A stretch of DNA of 64,000 bases from the human T2T-CHM13v2.0 reference genome, Homo sapiens. The first letter of the stretch is position 1; each line of letters opens with the position of its first letter. The translations under genes and the position numbers were made by a program. This document shows positions 27,821 to 41,579 of the stretch, piece by piece. Below the pieces are notes generated by a model that worked only from the letters and a program-made list of their open reading frames with translations, was not told the origin of the DNA and searched no databases. The stretch lies in NCBI RefSeq assembly GCF_009914755.1, contig NC_060940.1; one strand, 5' to 3'.

Positions 27821-28650
27821 ACAGTGGTATGCTAGAGCTGGCTCATTCCAGCTCTTCAGAGCCACTTGTGCACTTCCCTTCCCAGCTCCATGTTCAGGGA
27901 TATCATGTTGGTGGCTTAAAATTGGCCATGCTGGGAATTTACACCGTGGAAGGTGTGATGGTCAATAACTGAGTGTCAACTTGATTGAATTAAAGGATGC
28001 AAAGTATTGTTCCTGGGTGTGTCTGTGATCACGAAGCTGGCGATAACTATCTTGATCTCACAGCATTGTGCATATAATACCCATGTGAAGGTGTTGCCAA
28101 AGGAGATTAACATTGGAGAGTCAGTGGACTGGGAGAGGCAGACCTACCCTCAATCTGGGTGGGCACCATCTAAACAGCTGCCAGCACGGCTAGAGAAAGC
28201 AGACAGGAGAAGATGGAACAGCAGACTTGCCGAGTCTTCCAGCCTTCATCTTTCTACCCTGCTGGATGCTTCCTGCCCTCGAACATCAGACTCCAAATTC
28301 TTCAGCTTTTGGACTCTTGGACTTACACCAGTGGTTTGCCAGGAGCTCCTGGGGCTTTTGACCACAGACTGAAGGCTGCACTGTGGGCTTCCCTACTTTT
28401 GAGGTTTTGGGACTCGGACTGATCCACCACTGGCTTCCCTGCTCCTCAACTTGCAGACGGCCTATGGTAGGACTTTACCTTGTGATCGTGTGAGTCAACA
28501 GTCCTTAATAAACTCCCTTTCATATATACATATATGCCATTAGTTCTGTCCCTCTAGAGAACCCTGACTAATACAGAAGGCAAATGCTACACATGAGGGC
28601 ATCCCTCACTTCTCTGGAGAGTCAGTTGTTAAACACTTACCAGGGCCATG
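27821..28650. mobile_element. MER63A (hAT-Blackjack) split by MLT2A
   Basis: CAGTGGTATGCTAGAGCTGGCTCAT...AATTTACACCGTGGAAGG | GCAAATGCTACA...GTTGTTAAACACTTACCAG. Confidence 0.7.
27954..28575 (+). mobile_element. MLT2A solo LTR carrying a 60-bp foreign insert
   Basis: TGTGATGGTCAATAACTGAGTGTCAACTTGATTG...GAGAACCCTGACTAATACA; 5-bp TSD GAAGG. Confidence 0.9.
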
Positions 28651-28788
28651 GCCCAGAGTCACTACTACTTCCCAGGGAAGGAGCAAGGAGCAATGCGAAC
28701 TGCCCTTCAGAAGGGTGGAAAACGGATAGCAGAGGAGTTGGGTAAATGCACCAAGAGAGTCAACAAGGTTAAAGAAGGCCAGAATTTG

Positions 28789-29274
<486 letters not shown>

Positions 29275-29841
29275 TAGACAGAAGATCTTTCTTTATCCCT
29301 CACCATTTTTGAGGTTCAGTGTATATTTGAGATCTGATTCCGATAATTAAACCATGTGTGGTATTGAGAAAAGTATATTCATGGATATCTTTTTACCCAG
29401 TAACTCCACTGCCAAAACACCTACCCCCAATAAAAGTATAAAGAATCCGTGCAAGGATTTAGGTCATCAGGTGGCTTCACACAATGTGATTGTCATAGAG
29501 TACAGCCTGGAACCATCTCACATCCTGCAACAAGGTTCTAGTTACCTCTGTTACGGTGAACCCATGCAACCAGGTACTGTCAGTCTTTAAATATTCTTCT
29601 AAAACTTGATTTCTGATAGTGTGGGAGAGGAGTCATGACAAGTAAGAAAAGTTACAAGGCAGAATGATTTTAATAAGAGTTGTATAAAATGTAAAAATCC
29701 ATAAAGGTTATAGAGTAGTTAACTTTGAGTGGTGGGGTTAATGGTAATTTGTTTTTCCTTTGGTGCTTTTCTATATTTTCAAATTTCCCCATGGTGAGAA
29801 TGGATTACTTTTTGAAATAAGAAAAAAAAATGAAATACTGC

Positions 29842-30031
29842 TTTTGGTTTGTTTGTTTTGTTTTGTTTTTGAGATGGAGTCTCTGTCGCCCAGTCTAGAA
29901 TGCAGTGGCTCCATCTCGGCTCACTGTGACTTCAGCCTCCTGGGTTCAAGTGGTTCTCTTGCCTCAGCCTCCCAAGTAGCTAGGATTACAGGCACGCACC
30001 ATCACACTCAGCTACTTTTGTATTTTTAAGT
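29842..30031 (-). mobile_element. AluS right monomer (5'-truncated)
   Basis: (GTTTT)n tail, GAGATGGAGTCTCTGTCGCCCAG...TTTTGTATTTTTA, then unique sequence. Confidence 0.85.
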
Positions 30032-30101
30032 AATTTCTCCAACTAGATAATGTAGCAACTTAAAACCTAAAATGTGGTTTCTCTATATAAAAGGAGTTTG
30101 A

Positions 30102-30717
<616 letters not shown>

Positions 30718-32293
30718 TTAATGAGATTTAACAAACATTATGCCTAATAGGTAATATAACAAGGGCAATGAAATCACCAATTGTATCTGAAAAAACAACC
30801 ATAGCTATTTCTTTCTCCTTCCTGTATCTTCCTCCCGCTTCTTTTACTGATAATATTTACGGATCATTTTCCACGTATAAGCCTTGGAGCCAAGTAAATT
30901 AAATAAATTAACTCGTTTATTTTTCAGAACAAAACTATGAAATAGATACTACTTGTATCTCCACGCAGAAACATACAGAAACAGAAGCTTAGCGTCAATA
31001 AATGGCTTGCCCAAATTCTCATTGCCAGTAAATGCAAAACTCTAACCCTAGTTAATAAAAGCACACATTTTGTATTAGTAAATAATCAAATTAAGCCTTG
31101 TTACTCACATGGTTGCCCCTTTAAGGAGTTGGTAGCCTCAATGCTCAGAAAGTTAAGCTTAAATATGTACTTTTAGTTCCATGGATTCCTTGTGTTGTGG
31201 TCACAGTCGAAGACTAAACAATTGCAACACGATGACCCACACTGCAGATATTTATCCAAAAACACAAAGGAACTTTTCACCTATCAGCTATCAACACGAC
31301 TTTAGAGACAGTCAACAGGATTTTCAGTTGGTCAGGCAAGAACTAATCATTGAGGATCTCGTGTGTACATGACACTGTTACTAAATTCTGGGGCTACAGC
31401 AGCAAAATAAGGTGAATATGATCCCTGCCCTTATGCAGTCTGTAGCCTTGTAAGAAAGTCTAAGGAATTCAATAAGCAAGATAAACGCTGTGATGGAGAA
31501 TTACAGGCTTCGTTGTGAAGCTGTCACCCTCTTGACATAATAATGGTTATACTCATAGCTACATTCAGTCCCGGTTTAACTTGATCATCTTTTATAAAAC
31601 TGACTATGCTTGGCAAATTTTTTTGTCCACAGGGTAGATTCATTGCATGCACTCTTCTGGGACTTGATAAACCAATTTCTAAATGTTCACAGACTTACAA
31701 AGTAGAATAGACCAGGACTCCTGCAAAACACCTCTTAGTAATACGGAAAGAGTTTGAGACTTAGTAAAAGAATGACAATTACACGGGTGGCTAAAGGAGT
31801 GGCCGCTTCCAATATTCCTCTTGAAAGAAACATTATCACCCCCCACTGCTCGGCCCCCGCTCCTTTAATAAAAGACTACGCTTTCCATCCTGGTACCAGA
31901 ATTCCAAGAAATCCCTCACACACACCCCAAGGAACCCCAGGATTGCCATTTCTCCTTGCAGGGAGAATCTTTCAGTTTGACATCTGGCTGGCTTTATTGA
32001 CGGATTTCTCATGCACTTCCCTTTGCTGCAATATGCACACTACCCAGCAGAGGGCAGGATTATACAACACATTCTCCCCGTTAGACCTAAACGAGAGGAT
32101 GGCACAGACCCACCAGCGTCAGAGGAGGTTAAAAAGCACAGGACACATTTTTGCCTGTGCGCTAAGAGATGACAGCATGAGAAATATTAAATACTTGGAG
32201 CTGGGACTCAATATGCCCGAGACCTGGAGTCAGTCTGGTAGTCACTTCAACTGTGGATTGCAATTTTCCCAAATGGATGGTGAAAGTTTTCTA

Positions 32294-32339
32294 TTAGGTT
32301 GCAAAAGTAAGTGCAGTTTTCGCCATTAAAAGTAACGGC
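32294..32339. mobile_element. Truncated MADE1 (Hsmar1 MITE)
   Basis: TA + TTAGGTTGCAAAAGTAAGTGCAGTTTTCGCCATTAAAAGTAACGGC: left TIR, loop and only the start of the right TIR. Confidence 0.75.
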
Positions 32340-32501
32340 CCTCAAATCTGATTTCTCCTCTAAATTTCTATAATTCTACATTTTGGCGTATTTGATAAAT
32401 AACCCTCAAATTTAATAAATGACCCTCAAATCTTATTTAATAAATGACCCTCAAATCTTATTTCTCCTCTAAATTTCTATAGTTCTACATTTTGGCTTAT
32501 T
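32339..32501 (+). repeat. Complex serial direct repeat
   Basis: 54-bp unit at 32339 and 32448 (51/54); CCCTCAAAT also at 32403 and 32423. Confidence 0.9.
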
Positions 32502-32689
32502 CTGAAGTAACTCTCCTGAAGTTGTACTCTTTCTAGAATACAAATTGGACCACGTGTCTCCCTGGTTTAAAATCTGGGAGTAGGAATTTAGAATGTGAGA
32601 TCATTCACACCTAAGGGATCCAAATCTCTCCTTCAAGTCAAGAGCAAAATCTTCCTCCCCAGTTTGGGAGTCAGAGGTTGTGTTGGTTA

Positions 32690-32960
32690 TAGAAGTAATA
32701 ATAATAATAATAGGACAATATTCGTTGATGTACCAGGCAAGTGCCAAGTGCTTTACGTGAATTAATGCATGAATTCCTCTCACTCACCCAATGAAGTCAA
32801 TATTCTTACTATCCCTATTTTTAGATGAGGACAAAGAGATCCCTATTGTTAGATGAGGACAAAGACAAGAGATGAAGTGCATTGCCCAAGAGCATGCTGA
32901 TAGGAAATGGTGCCACTGGGTCTAAACTCCAGAGAATGAGCTCACAGCTGCTCTTATATT
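32690..32960 (-). mobile_element. MIR with a 28-bp tandem duplication (32811-32865)
   Basis: ATCCCTATT(T/G)TTAGATGAGGACAAAGA twice in the MIR core. Confidence 0.8.
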
Positions 32961-33826
32961 GCCTTCAATGACTTTGGAGGTGGGAGAGGAGCTGACCAAA
33001 GACAACTACAGGACTTTGAACTAAGACATGTTAATTCATTCACTCATTCACATACTCTCTCAAAGACATACCAAGTGCCTACTATGTCCCAGGTACTTCA
33101 TTAAGCACTGGAATCCAAAAATTTGTAATGTAGCATCCTGCCTAGTCACATGGGTTTCTGCCATAAAGTTCAGAAGCCTGGGAGTAAGAATAGGGAAGGA
33201 AAATTCACTACTGACACAATGTTAAGGTTTTGCTGGGTAGGCACAGTGAAAAGTAGGGTTCAGGGTATGAAAGGTGCTAGGGAGACAGTGGTTCAGGCAA
33301 CCAACCATGAGGTCCAGCTAAAAACATGAGCACCCTCCTGATATGCAGCCTGGCCAGTGTGTTATGAATCTGCCCCACTTCCCAGCTTTTTCCCAGCCAA
33401 TCATTCTATTTTGCTAACCGGGCTAAATGCCTCAGGCGAAGGACCAGAAATACTGGATTCCATCATAGCACAGATTATGCAACCTAGGGAAACCATTCAC
33501 CATCTCTGAGCTTGCTTCTCTCATCTATAAAATGAGGCACCATTCAGCTCAATGAGTAGAAAAATATTTATAGAGGAACACAGTGTGACAGGCACGGTGC
33601 TTCATGCCAAGAACATAAGAAGATATTTCCTTCCTCAAATAGTTCACATCTGAACACATTCTAGATGTTTCTAAACTATAATTACAAAACAGTGCTTCTA
33701 TCTCTGATAGAAGATTCTACAGGACACCACAACTACCGTTACTAATAGCCTATGTTTTGTGATACCTAATTTGGGCCAAGCTCTCCATATAAATTATTTT
33801 TATAATCCCTCACGATAACCCAGTGG

Positions 33827-34198
<372 letters not shown>

Positions 34199-34210
34199 TC
34201 AGGTACTCAC

Positions 34211-34587
34211 TGTATTAGATTATTCTCACACTGCTAATAAAGACATACCCGAGACTGGGTAATTTATAAAGAAAGAGGCTTAATTGACTCACAGTTCAGC
34301 ATGGCTGGGGAGGCCTCAGGAAGTCCACAATCATGGTGGAAGGGAATGCGAACACATCCTTCCTCACGTGGCAGCAGCAAGGAGAAGTGCAGAGTGAGAA
34401 GGTGGGAAGAACCACTTATAAAACCATCAGATCTTGTGAGAACTCACTCAATATCATGAGAACAGCATGGAGGTAAGTGCCCCTATGATTCAATTACCTC
34501 CCACTGGGTCTCTCTCACGACACGTGGGGATTATGGGAACTACAGTTCAAGATGAGATTTGGGTGGGGACACAGCCAAACCATATCA
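34211..34587 (-). mobile_element. THE1C solo LTR
   Basis: TGTATTAG...GCTAATAAAGACATACCCGAGACTGGG...CAGCCAAACCATATCA; TSD CTCAC/TTCAC. Confidence 0.9.
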
Positions 34588-34616
34588 TTCACCAAAAGTT
34601 GCAATGATAGTAGGAG

Positions 34617-34911
34617 ATACCAGGCACAGTGGCTCATGCCTGTGATTCCAGCACTTTGGGAGGCCGAGGGGCAAGGATTGCCTGAACCCAGGAGTTCAAG
34701 GCCAGCCTGGGCAAGATAAAGAGACCCCATCTCTACTAAAAATACAAAAAATATTAGCAATGCACCTATAGTCCCAGCTACTTGGGAGGCTGAGGCGGGA
34801 CGATCACCTGAGCCCAGGACATCAAGGCTGTGGTGAGCTGTGATTGTGCCACTGCCACTCCAGCCTGGGAGACAGGAGTGAGACCCTGTCCCAGGAAAAA
34901 AAAAAAAAAAA
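34617..34911 (+). mobile_element. AluJ
   Basis: GGAGTTCAAGGCCAGCCTGGGCAA and CTGAGCCCAGG; short deletion at the start of the right monomer. Confidence 0.9.
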
Positions 34912-35220
34912 GCCTGGCACGGGGACTCACACCTGTAATCCCAATACTTTGGGAGGTGGAGGTGGGTGGATCACTTGAGGCCAGGAGTTCGAGACCACCC
35001 CTGGCCGACATGGTGAAACCCCATCTCTACTAAAAATACAAAAATTAGCTGGGCGTGGTGGCACACACCTGTAATGCCAGCTACTCAGGAGGCTGAGGCC
35101 GGAGAATCATTTAAAACTGGGAGGCGGAGGTTGCAGTGAGTCGAGATCACACCACTGCACTACAGCCTGGACGACAAAGCGAGATTTGGTCTCAAAAAAA
35201 CAAACAAACAAACAAAAAAA
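34912..35220 (+). mobile_element. AluS directly after the AluJ tail
   Basis: Begins right after the A-run; full dimer with (CAAA)n tail. Confidence 0.9.
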
Positions 35221-36039
35221 GGTTGTAACATGTGGTAGAATCAGAACTCAAAACATAGGCGTGGTTGAGACTAGTGACTGTTCTTAATCACTGTGGAAGC
35301 CTGGAGCAGAAGACCCAGCTCTCCTAGGAGGTGAAAGGTTAAGTCTGAAATGTCATGCGATGCCTGCTTGGATTCTTGGGAATGATCTGTGCTGATCTTA
35401 TAAATCTCTCTCCTAGACTTAAATTTCTCTACATACCTTTCAGTCCTTATCCAAGAAAAGTTGGCTTAATACATACAACTAGAATCGAGGCAAATTAGAC
35501 TCCTTTAAATGCGTCCATAATGTCTGCTTCATGGCTCTTCAAAAAAGACATGCGATCCTGTGAAATGCTAATTTGATACATAACCAAAGGAAAGTAACAT
35601 GCTCTTGTCTTGGCTAATTCGTAGCTGTTAGTTGAGCAACACCGTTTATTTCCAGGGCTAGCCTTAGATATAGCACAATTATAGAAAAGGGCTGTCAGCA
35701 CTAATTGCTCCATTGCATGCCCAAAAAGTTCTACAGAATCTGAAATGCTGACAAACAGTCCAGACCCACTGGAAAACATCTGCAAATCATAATCTTTTAA
35801 TTTCAATGAACATGGTGGAAAGTTTCAGCTTCAATGACTTACTAAATCCCTGAGCCATCTTAAAGTCTTGTGTTCTTTTCTTTCCTAAGCCAAAGAATAA
35901 AACAGCTTTGAAAGTTGTGTTTTTTAGAGTGTGGAGCCAAAATGACTGCTATAGTTGTTAATGTTTAAAATGACATTTCAGATATGCCATCTAACCTAAA
36001 TGAAAATTTTAGAAGGCTATTGATCATTATAAAAATATT

Positions 36040-36997
36040 TTTAAAGATATAATTTATATACAGTACCATAAAATTCATTTGTTTTAAGTGTACAATTCAA
36101 TGATTTTTGCAGTAAATTTTCAGTTATGCAACTAGTGCCATAATCCAGTTTTAGAACATTTCCGTTAGCCCAAGGAGGTCCCTTGTGTCAGTTTGAGGTT
36201 ATATGCCTCATTTCCACCTCCAGTAACCCCTAATCCTCTGTTGCTAAAGTTCTGCTTTTCACGACATTTCACGTCAATGCCACCATAGAAACTGTGTTTG
36301 CATCTGGCTTCTTTCACTCAGCATATGTTTTTCAGATTCATCTACATTCTAGCATGTAACAGGGCTTTGTTCCTTTTTTATTCCTGATTAATATTCCTTT
36401 TATGGATGCAGTTCATTTTGTTTAAGCATTTACCATTCAATGGATTTGTGATTGTTTCCAGTTTTCAACCATTACAAATAATGTTGCTATGATAATTCAT
36501 GTCCAAGTCTTCATGTGGACACGTGTTTTCCGTTCCTTTGTGTAGATACATTGTAATAGAATTGCTGGATTATATAGTAAATTTATGTCTAATTTTTAAT
36601 ACTTTGAATTTTATTTATTTATTTTTTTTGAGACTGTGTCTCGCTTTGTTGCCTAGGCTGGAGTGCAGCAGCATGATCACTACTCACTGCAGCCTCACCT
36701 TCCAGGGCTCAAGCGATCCTCCCACCTCAGTCTCCAGAGTAACTGAGACTACAGGTGCATGCCACCTCACCCAGCTTTTTTTGTTTTGTTTTGTTTTGTT
36801 TAAAGAGATAAGGTTTCCCTATGTTGCCCAGGCTTGTCTCAACCCCCTGAGCTCAAGTAATACTCATGCCTCAGCCTCCCAAAGTGTTGGTATTACAGAT
36901 GTGAGCCTTTGTGCCAGGCCTGAACTTGTTTTATGTGTAACTTTTTAACAAACTGCCAAACTGTTTTCCAAAGTGGCTGCGCTATTTTACATTCCCA
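36040..36997 (-). mobile_element. L1MB-type 3' end interrupted by an AluJ
   Basis: TTTTAAGTGTACAATTCAATGATTTTT...AACTGCCAAACTGTTTTCCAAAGTGGCTGC...TTACATTCCCA. Confidence 0.85.
36609..36920 (-). mobile_element. AluJ
   Basis: ATCACTACTCACTGCAGCCTC...GCTCAAGCGATCCTCCC. Confidence 0.9.
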
Positions 36998-37006
36998 GGC
37001 TGGTCT

Positions 37007-37170
37007 TTATTTATTTATTTATTTATTTTGCAGGAGCGTGGGTAATTTTTTGTAGAGACAGGGTCTTGCTAAGTTGCCCAGGCTGGTCTCAAACTCCTGG
37101 GCTCAAGCAATCCTTCCACCTCAGCCTTCCAAAGTGTTGGAATTACAGACGTGAGCCACCGTACCTGGCC
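37007..37170 (-). mobile_element. FLAM / AluJ left monomer
   Basis: GTAGAGACAGGGTCTTGCT...GAGCCACCGTACCTGGCC. Confidence 0.85.
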
Positions 37171-38220
37171 TCTCATACTGGTCATTTTTAATAAGACAAA
37201 TGATTTTCTTAAAAAAAAAAAAGAAAGAAAGAAAAAGGAGCTATAGTGTGAAGGAAAAAAAAAAGATGCCCTGTAATTACCCCTGGGACAAAGGTGCTGT
37301 AGAAAACAGAATGTTAGCAGGAGCATGAGTTTCCTGAGTTGTTTTAGGAACTCCAAAATGCTGGGAATTTCAACTATCTTTAATCCAAAGAGCCTTCTGG
37401 TTTTAAGCTGCTTCGAACCTTGTTCTTGCTCCATGGTTGGGGAGAAGTTGAAAGGGAAACGACTGCTAGGTCTCTTAGTAAGTAACCCAGTAATTATATA
37501 TTCAGATTGTCACCCTACCCTACCCTTCTACATTTCCCAGCCATGCCCTGGCCCATTCCTCTTTACATTTACAACAGCTTTCTGACTTATCTTACTGGCT
37601 CTGTGCAACTACCTTGAACTCCACTCCCACTTCTAAACCTGAGTGAAGTATTCTTTTTCTTGGTTTTCCTAATACCCTGTGTATGCCTTTTATGATAAGA
37701 TTTTCTAGCCTCTCTCAAGGAACTATACTTTACTTATTTTTATCTCTTCAGTACTCAGTATAGACTTTGCCTCATTGTGTATACTCAATCATATTGCATG
37801 GACCAATGAATGCATTGATTAACACAGAATAAGCCCTATCTATTAAATGCATCATGGTCTTAATCTCGTTAACTGAAATATGTTACAAATAAGGATAGCT
37901 TTGAATATCTGTCTAGTTAACTTCTGATTTTCTACAAAAATAACTAGAAACTGAACCTAGAATTGGCTGTCAGGTCTACAAAAATGCTGCTGGTTCTATC
38001 TCTCATCAGCTTTGTGGCCTTGACCTCGTTACTAAATTTTGCTAAGCATCAGTTTCTTCACCTGAAAGCATCGCTATAACGATTAAATGAGATAATCCAT
38101 AAAAAGTCCTTGGTTATTATTTTATTACATCATCATTCTAACAATTATTGAATACTTACTACAATTTTTATGAATATGAGTACAGAGGTTGATGTGTCTT
38201 GCTCATAACTGTAATATTCT

Positions 38221-38515
38221 GGCCGTTATGGTGGCTCACACCTATAATCTCAGCACTTCGGGAGTCTGAGGTGGAAGGACTGCTTGAGCCCAGGAGTTCG
38301 AGACCAGTCTGGGCAACACAGAGAGACCCTGTCTGTAAAGAAAATTGAAAAACTAGCTGGGCATGGTTGTGCACACCCGGAGTCCCAGCTACTCAAAAGG
38401 CCGAAGCAGGAGGGTAGCTTGAGCCCAGGTGTTCAAAGCTATAGTGAGCCAAGATCACACCACTGAACACCAGCCTGGGTGAGAGAGTGAGACCCTGTCC
38501 AAAAAAAAAAAAAAA
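38221..38515 (+). mobile_element. AluJ
   Basis: CTTGAGCCCAGGAGTTCGAGACCAGTCTGGGCAAC; ATATTCT on both flanks. Confidence 0.9.
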
Positions 38516-39199
38516 TCCATATTCTTTGCTACAGGGAATTGTGAAAAGTAATGATGCATATCGCAGTTCTAGAAATTTTTGGCTTTCGTCTACATAACGG
38601 TCTCAGGTCATCCAACCTCCAAATTATAGTCATCTATTGAGAGGCTGTGTGAGAGACAAGATCCTAAAAGCCAAAGGTAATGAATGATGAGGACTATATT
38701 AATAATGCACACACACTCTCCTCCATTTCATTCATATCCCAGTAGAAACTTTAAATTTCAGAACTCCCATTCAGGGTGATTCTCACCTAATGGAGGCTGG
38801 TTTCAGCACAACACGCATCAGCCGATACTCCCGACTCCACACAGCCAGGCTTGCACACATTTATTATCAAGAGCTGCAGCTTGTCTCCGGCGGTTTGACT
38901 GGCTGCTACCCACCTCCTCTTCAGTGTTTCTCAGAGGAAGCAACAAACTCCGCTGGAGCACTCTGTGGAATCCTCAGATGGAGAAAGGAAACCGCCACGG
39001 TGCAAGTGCGTTCACCAGGTGTTACACACACTTTGAAGATGATGGGCTTGTTAGGCTGCAATACATCCTTGGTGTTGCATTAACTAGCATGATTCCTCAT
39101 CCAGCTTCATGAAACTACCTAACCATGGCCCATGAGGTGCACCCCAGGTACATATATAAACATACACATTCCTATAAAACCATTTTTGGAGGCAAATTT

Positions 39200-39410
39200 C
39201 TATTTGAATTCTCACCTATCCTTTTCTAGTCATGGGCAAGTTATCTAGCTTTTCTGAATCTCAGTTTCTTTATATGGAAATGGGGATAAAATGCATTGCT
39301 GGGTCGTTATGATAATCATATGCAATAAACATGAAACTGTCCAGCAAAGTGCATGACAAGTCATAGTTGTTCAATAAATAATATTACTGTGATTACTAGT
39401 AGTATTACTA
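39200..39410 (+). mobile_element. MIR SINE
   Basis: GGGCAAGTTAT...TCTCAGTTTC...AAATGGGGATAA...TTCAATAAAT. Confidence 0.75.
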
Positions 39411-41579
39411 TTCTACAATGTATATATGAATATGCTTACACACACATAAATATGCCATTATGCTAAACCAATTATTCAGCAATATATCGTAAATAAGTAT
39501 CCTGTAGCAAAAATCTCCCAAACGTAGAGATGGGAAAATAAAGGTAAGTTTTCCTTCAGACCCCCGTCTTTATTTAGTTTGCATAGTTTCTTTTGCATTG
39601 GTCCTCCTGTTAGCACTGACTGGTGACCACTGAGCTAGTGTTTTTTGTTTTTTACATGTATAGTCTGATTGCCTGTCATGGATGGTGATGTCACTGAGTC
39701 AAAGTAAATTATCTTGTTGATAATAGGAGACAGCCCTGACCCACTGATGCCTAGTTACCTCATGAGAAAATCAAAAAGTGGAGAGAAAGATGTCTGGGCT
39801 GTGGCTGCTGAGGCTTCCTTAGCCCCAAGTGTCCGAGTCAGGGATGTGGCTCCAAGATTCCATGTAGGAAAACATTCATTGAGCACTTAACACCCTCAGA
39901 AAACTGGCAGCTCCTCAACCCCACCCACCTCCTTCCAAGACCACTCAATTTCAGAACTCACTTCTCAATGAGGAAAGAAAATTGCCCAAAGAGGTTTGGA
40001 GTGTTTTTTTTTTAATTTTTCATTTCAAGCAGAATATATTCTCATCAGTGGGAGAGGATAGTCTAGCATCATGACTAATAAAAACTGTGTTGTGATTTTT
40101 GACACTACATTTTCCTAATTGCTTAAAATGTGTTCCACAGTGCTATGTAACTGGCATTGAGACGTGCAGTTATGGGTGTACTCAACAGATGTCAGTTGCC
40201 CTCCATTTAAGCAACTTAGAAACAACCAAAAATAAATGAGGATTATTGAATGCTGGAGAGAAAGCGAAGATATTAAATATTTAATTCTCTGAACATAATG
40301 ATGTAGTTGATTTTCTGTTCTTCTTAGCTGCCGTTTTGTCATTTTGCATCAGTGATCCTGAGAACACATTCATTATTCTGGAAGGCTCACTGGATGTTGC
40401 TATGGAGACCAGAGCTGCTCTGACATATTCCCCCAGGCCCTGTTTGCTGGCTTTTTCAGTAAACACTTAATTATGCGTTGCATTCTGCAATCAGTGTGGT
40501 TGGAGGAGACTTTCCTTAGCTGATTTCAAGCTAAATATGAGTTCTCCTTACAAGCGGATGCTTTCGTAGGTCTGTTGAGTGTGATTTTAATAAATGGAGC
40601 AAAATCAAGAAACATCCAAGAGAAAAATCAAACAAAGAAGAAGGCAAGGCATCAGTCTAATTACCTTCAATAGCCTAGCGGTATAAAAGCTTTTCAAAGT
40701 CGTATCAACAACCTTAACTCTACTAAAAACCTTGATGGTTCGGAGAAGGAGAAAGATTCTTCTATACCATATGACCCAAGCAGGCAAATCAAACAAATAA
40801 AAAATTTGTTTAGGAGTATTCTCTCTAGGAAGAAGGTATTAATAAATTATAAGATCCTTTTTAGGTCAAGGATTCTCAATGCAGGAATGGGCTTCTGAGG
40901 TCTCTGACCAAGCTCCACTCCTTCCATAGGTACATGAAGAATATTGTTTGCATGCATATGTGCATCTTTGTAGAAAGAAAGTCCTTAACTTTCATTATAA
41001 ACTGAAAAGCCATCAGATAAAACAAATGGATCACTGATCAATTGAATACTAGTGAAAAATACTCTATCTTTCTCTGAGGAAGCATATTAACTCTTTCTCA
41101 CAATGTATGATTTACCAAAATAAAGAAAGCATTTTGCAGGAGGGAACCAACCCCCAGGGTATGCTTTATCCAACTGTGAATTTTGATAGATGCACTTGGA
41201 ATTCTTCCTCATTTGAGAGAACAAGTGCTGGGTTAGAAGCCTGAAATAAAGATAGAAGCTGACCCACACTCAGTATTCTAAGTCACGACAAAAGCTGTGC
41301 CAAATGGATCACCCAGTTTTACTAAACTTGTTTAATTCAGTGAAGCCATTTATTTGGCAGATTCTCCAGAAACTGTATTTGATTTTCTCTTTAGTAGGTA
41401 TTTACTAAGTACCCGGCACTTCCTTATACACTCTCAATTTTATGTTCTCTTTGTGATTTTGGTGTAGGTGAAACTAGAACTCGGAGGCAAGTGTTTAGAG
41501 CCAGGCAAAACTCAGAATTGAAGCAAATTTGAGAATGAAGGAGGTATGTGGGGACTGCCAGGAAGGAAGGATTCACAGC

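Noticed and set aside
31754-32329. 191-aa ORF as a protein-coding gene
   Set aside because: Non-ATG start, no recognisable domain, and it terminates inside a MADE1 relic.
32339-32501. CRISPR-like repeat-spacer appearance (also 18393-18520)
   Set aside because: Eukaryotic context, irregular units, no unique spacers and no cas genes.
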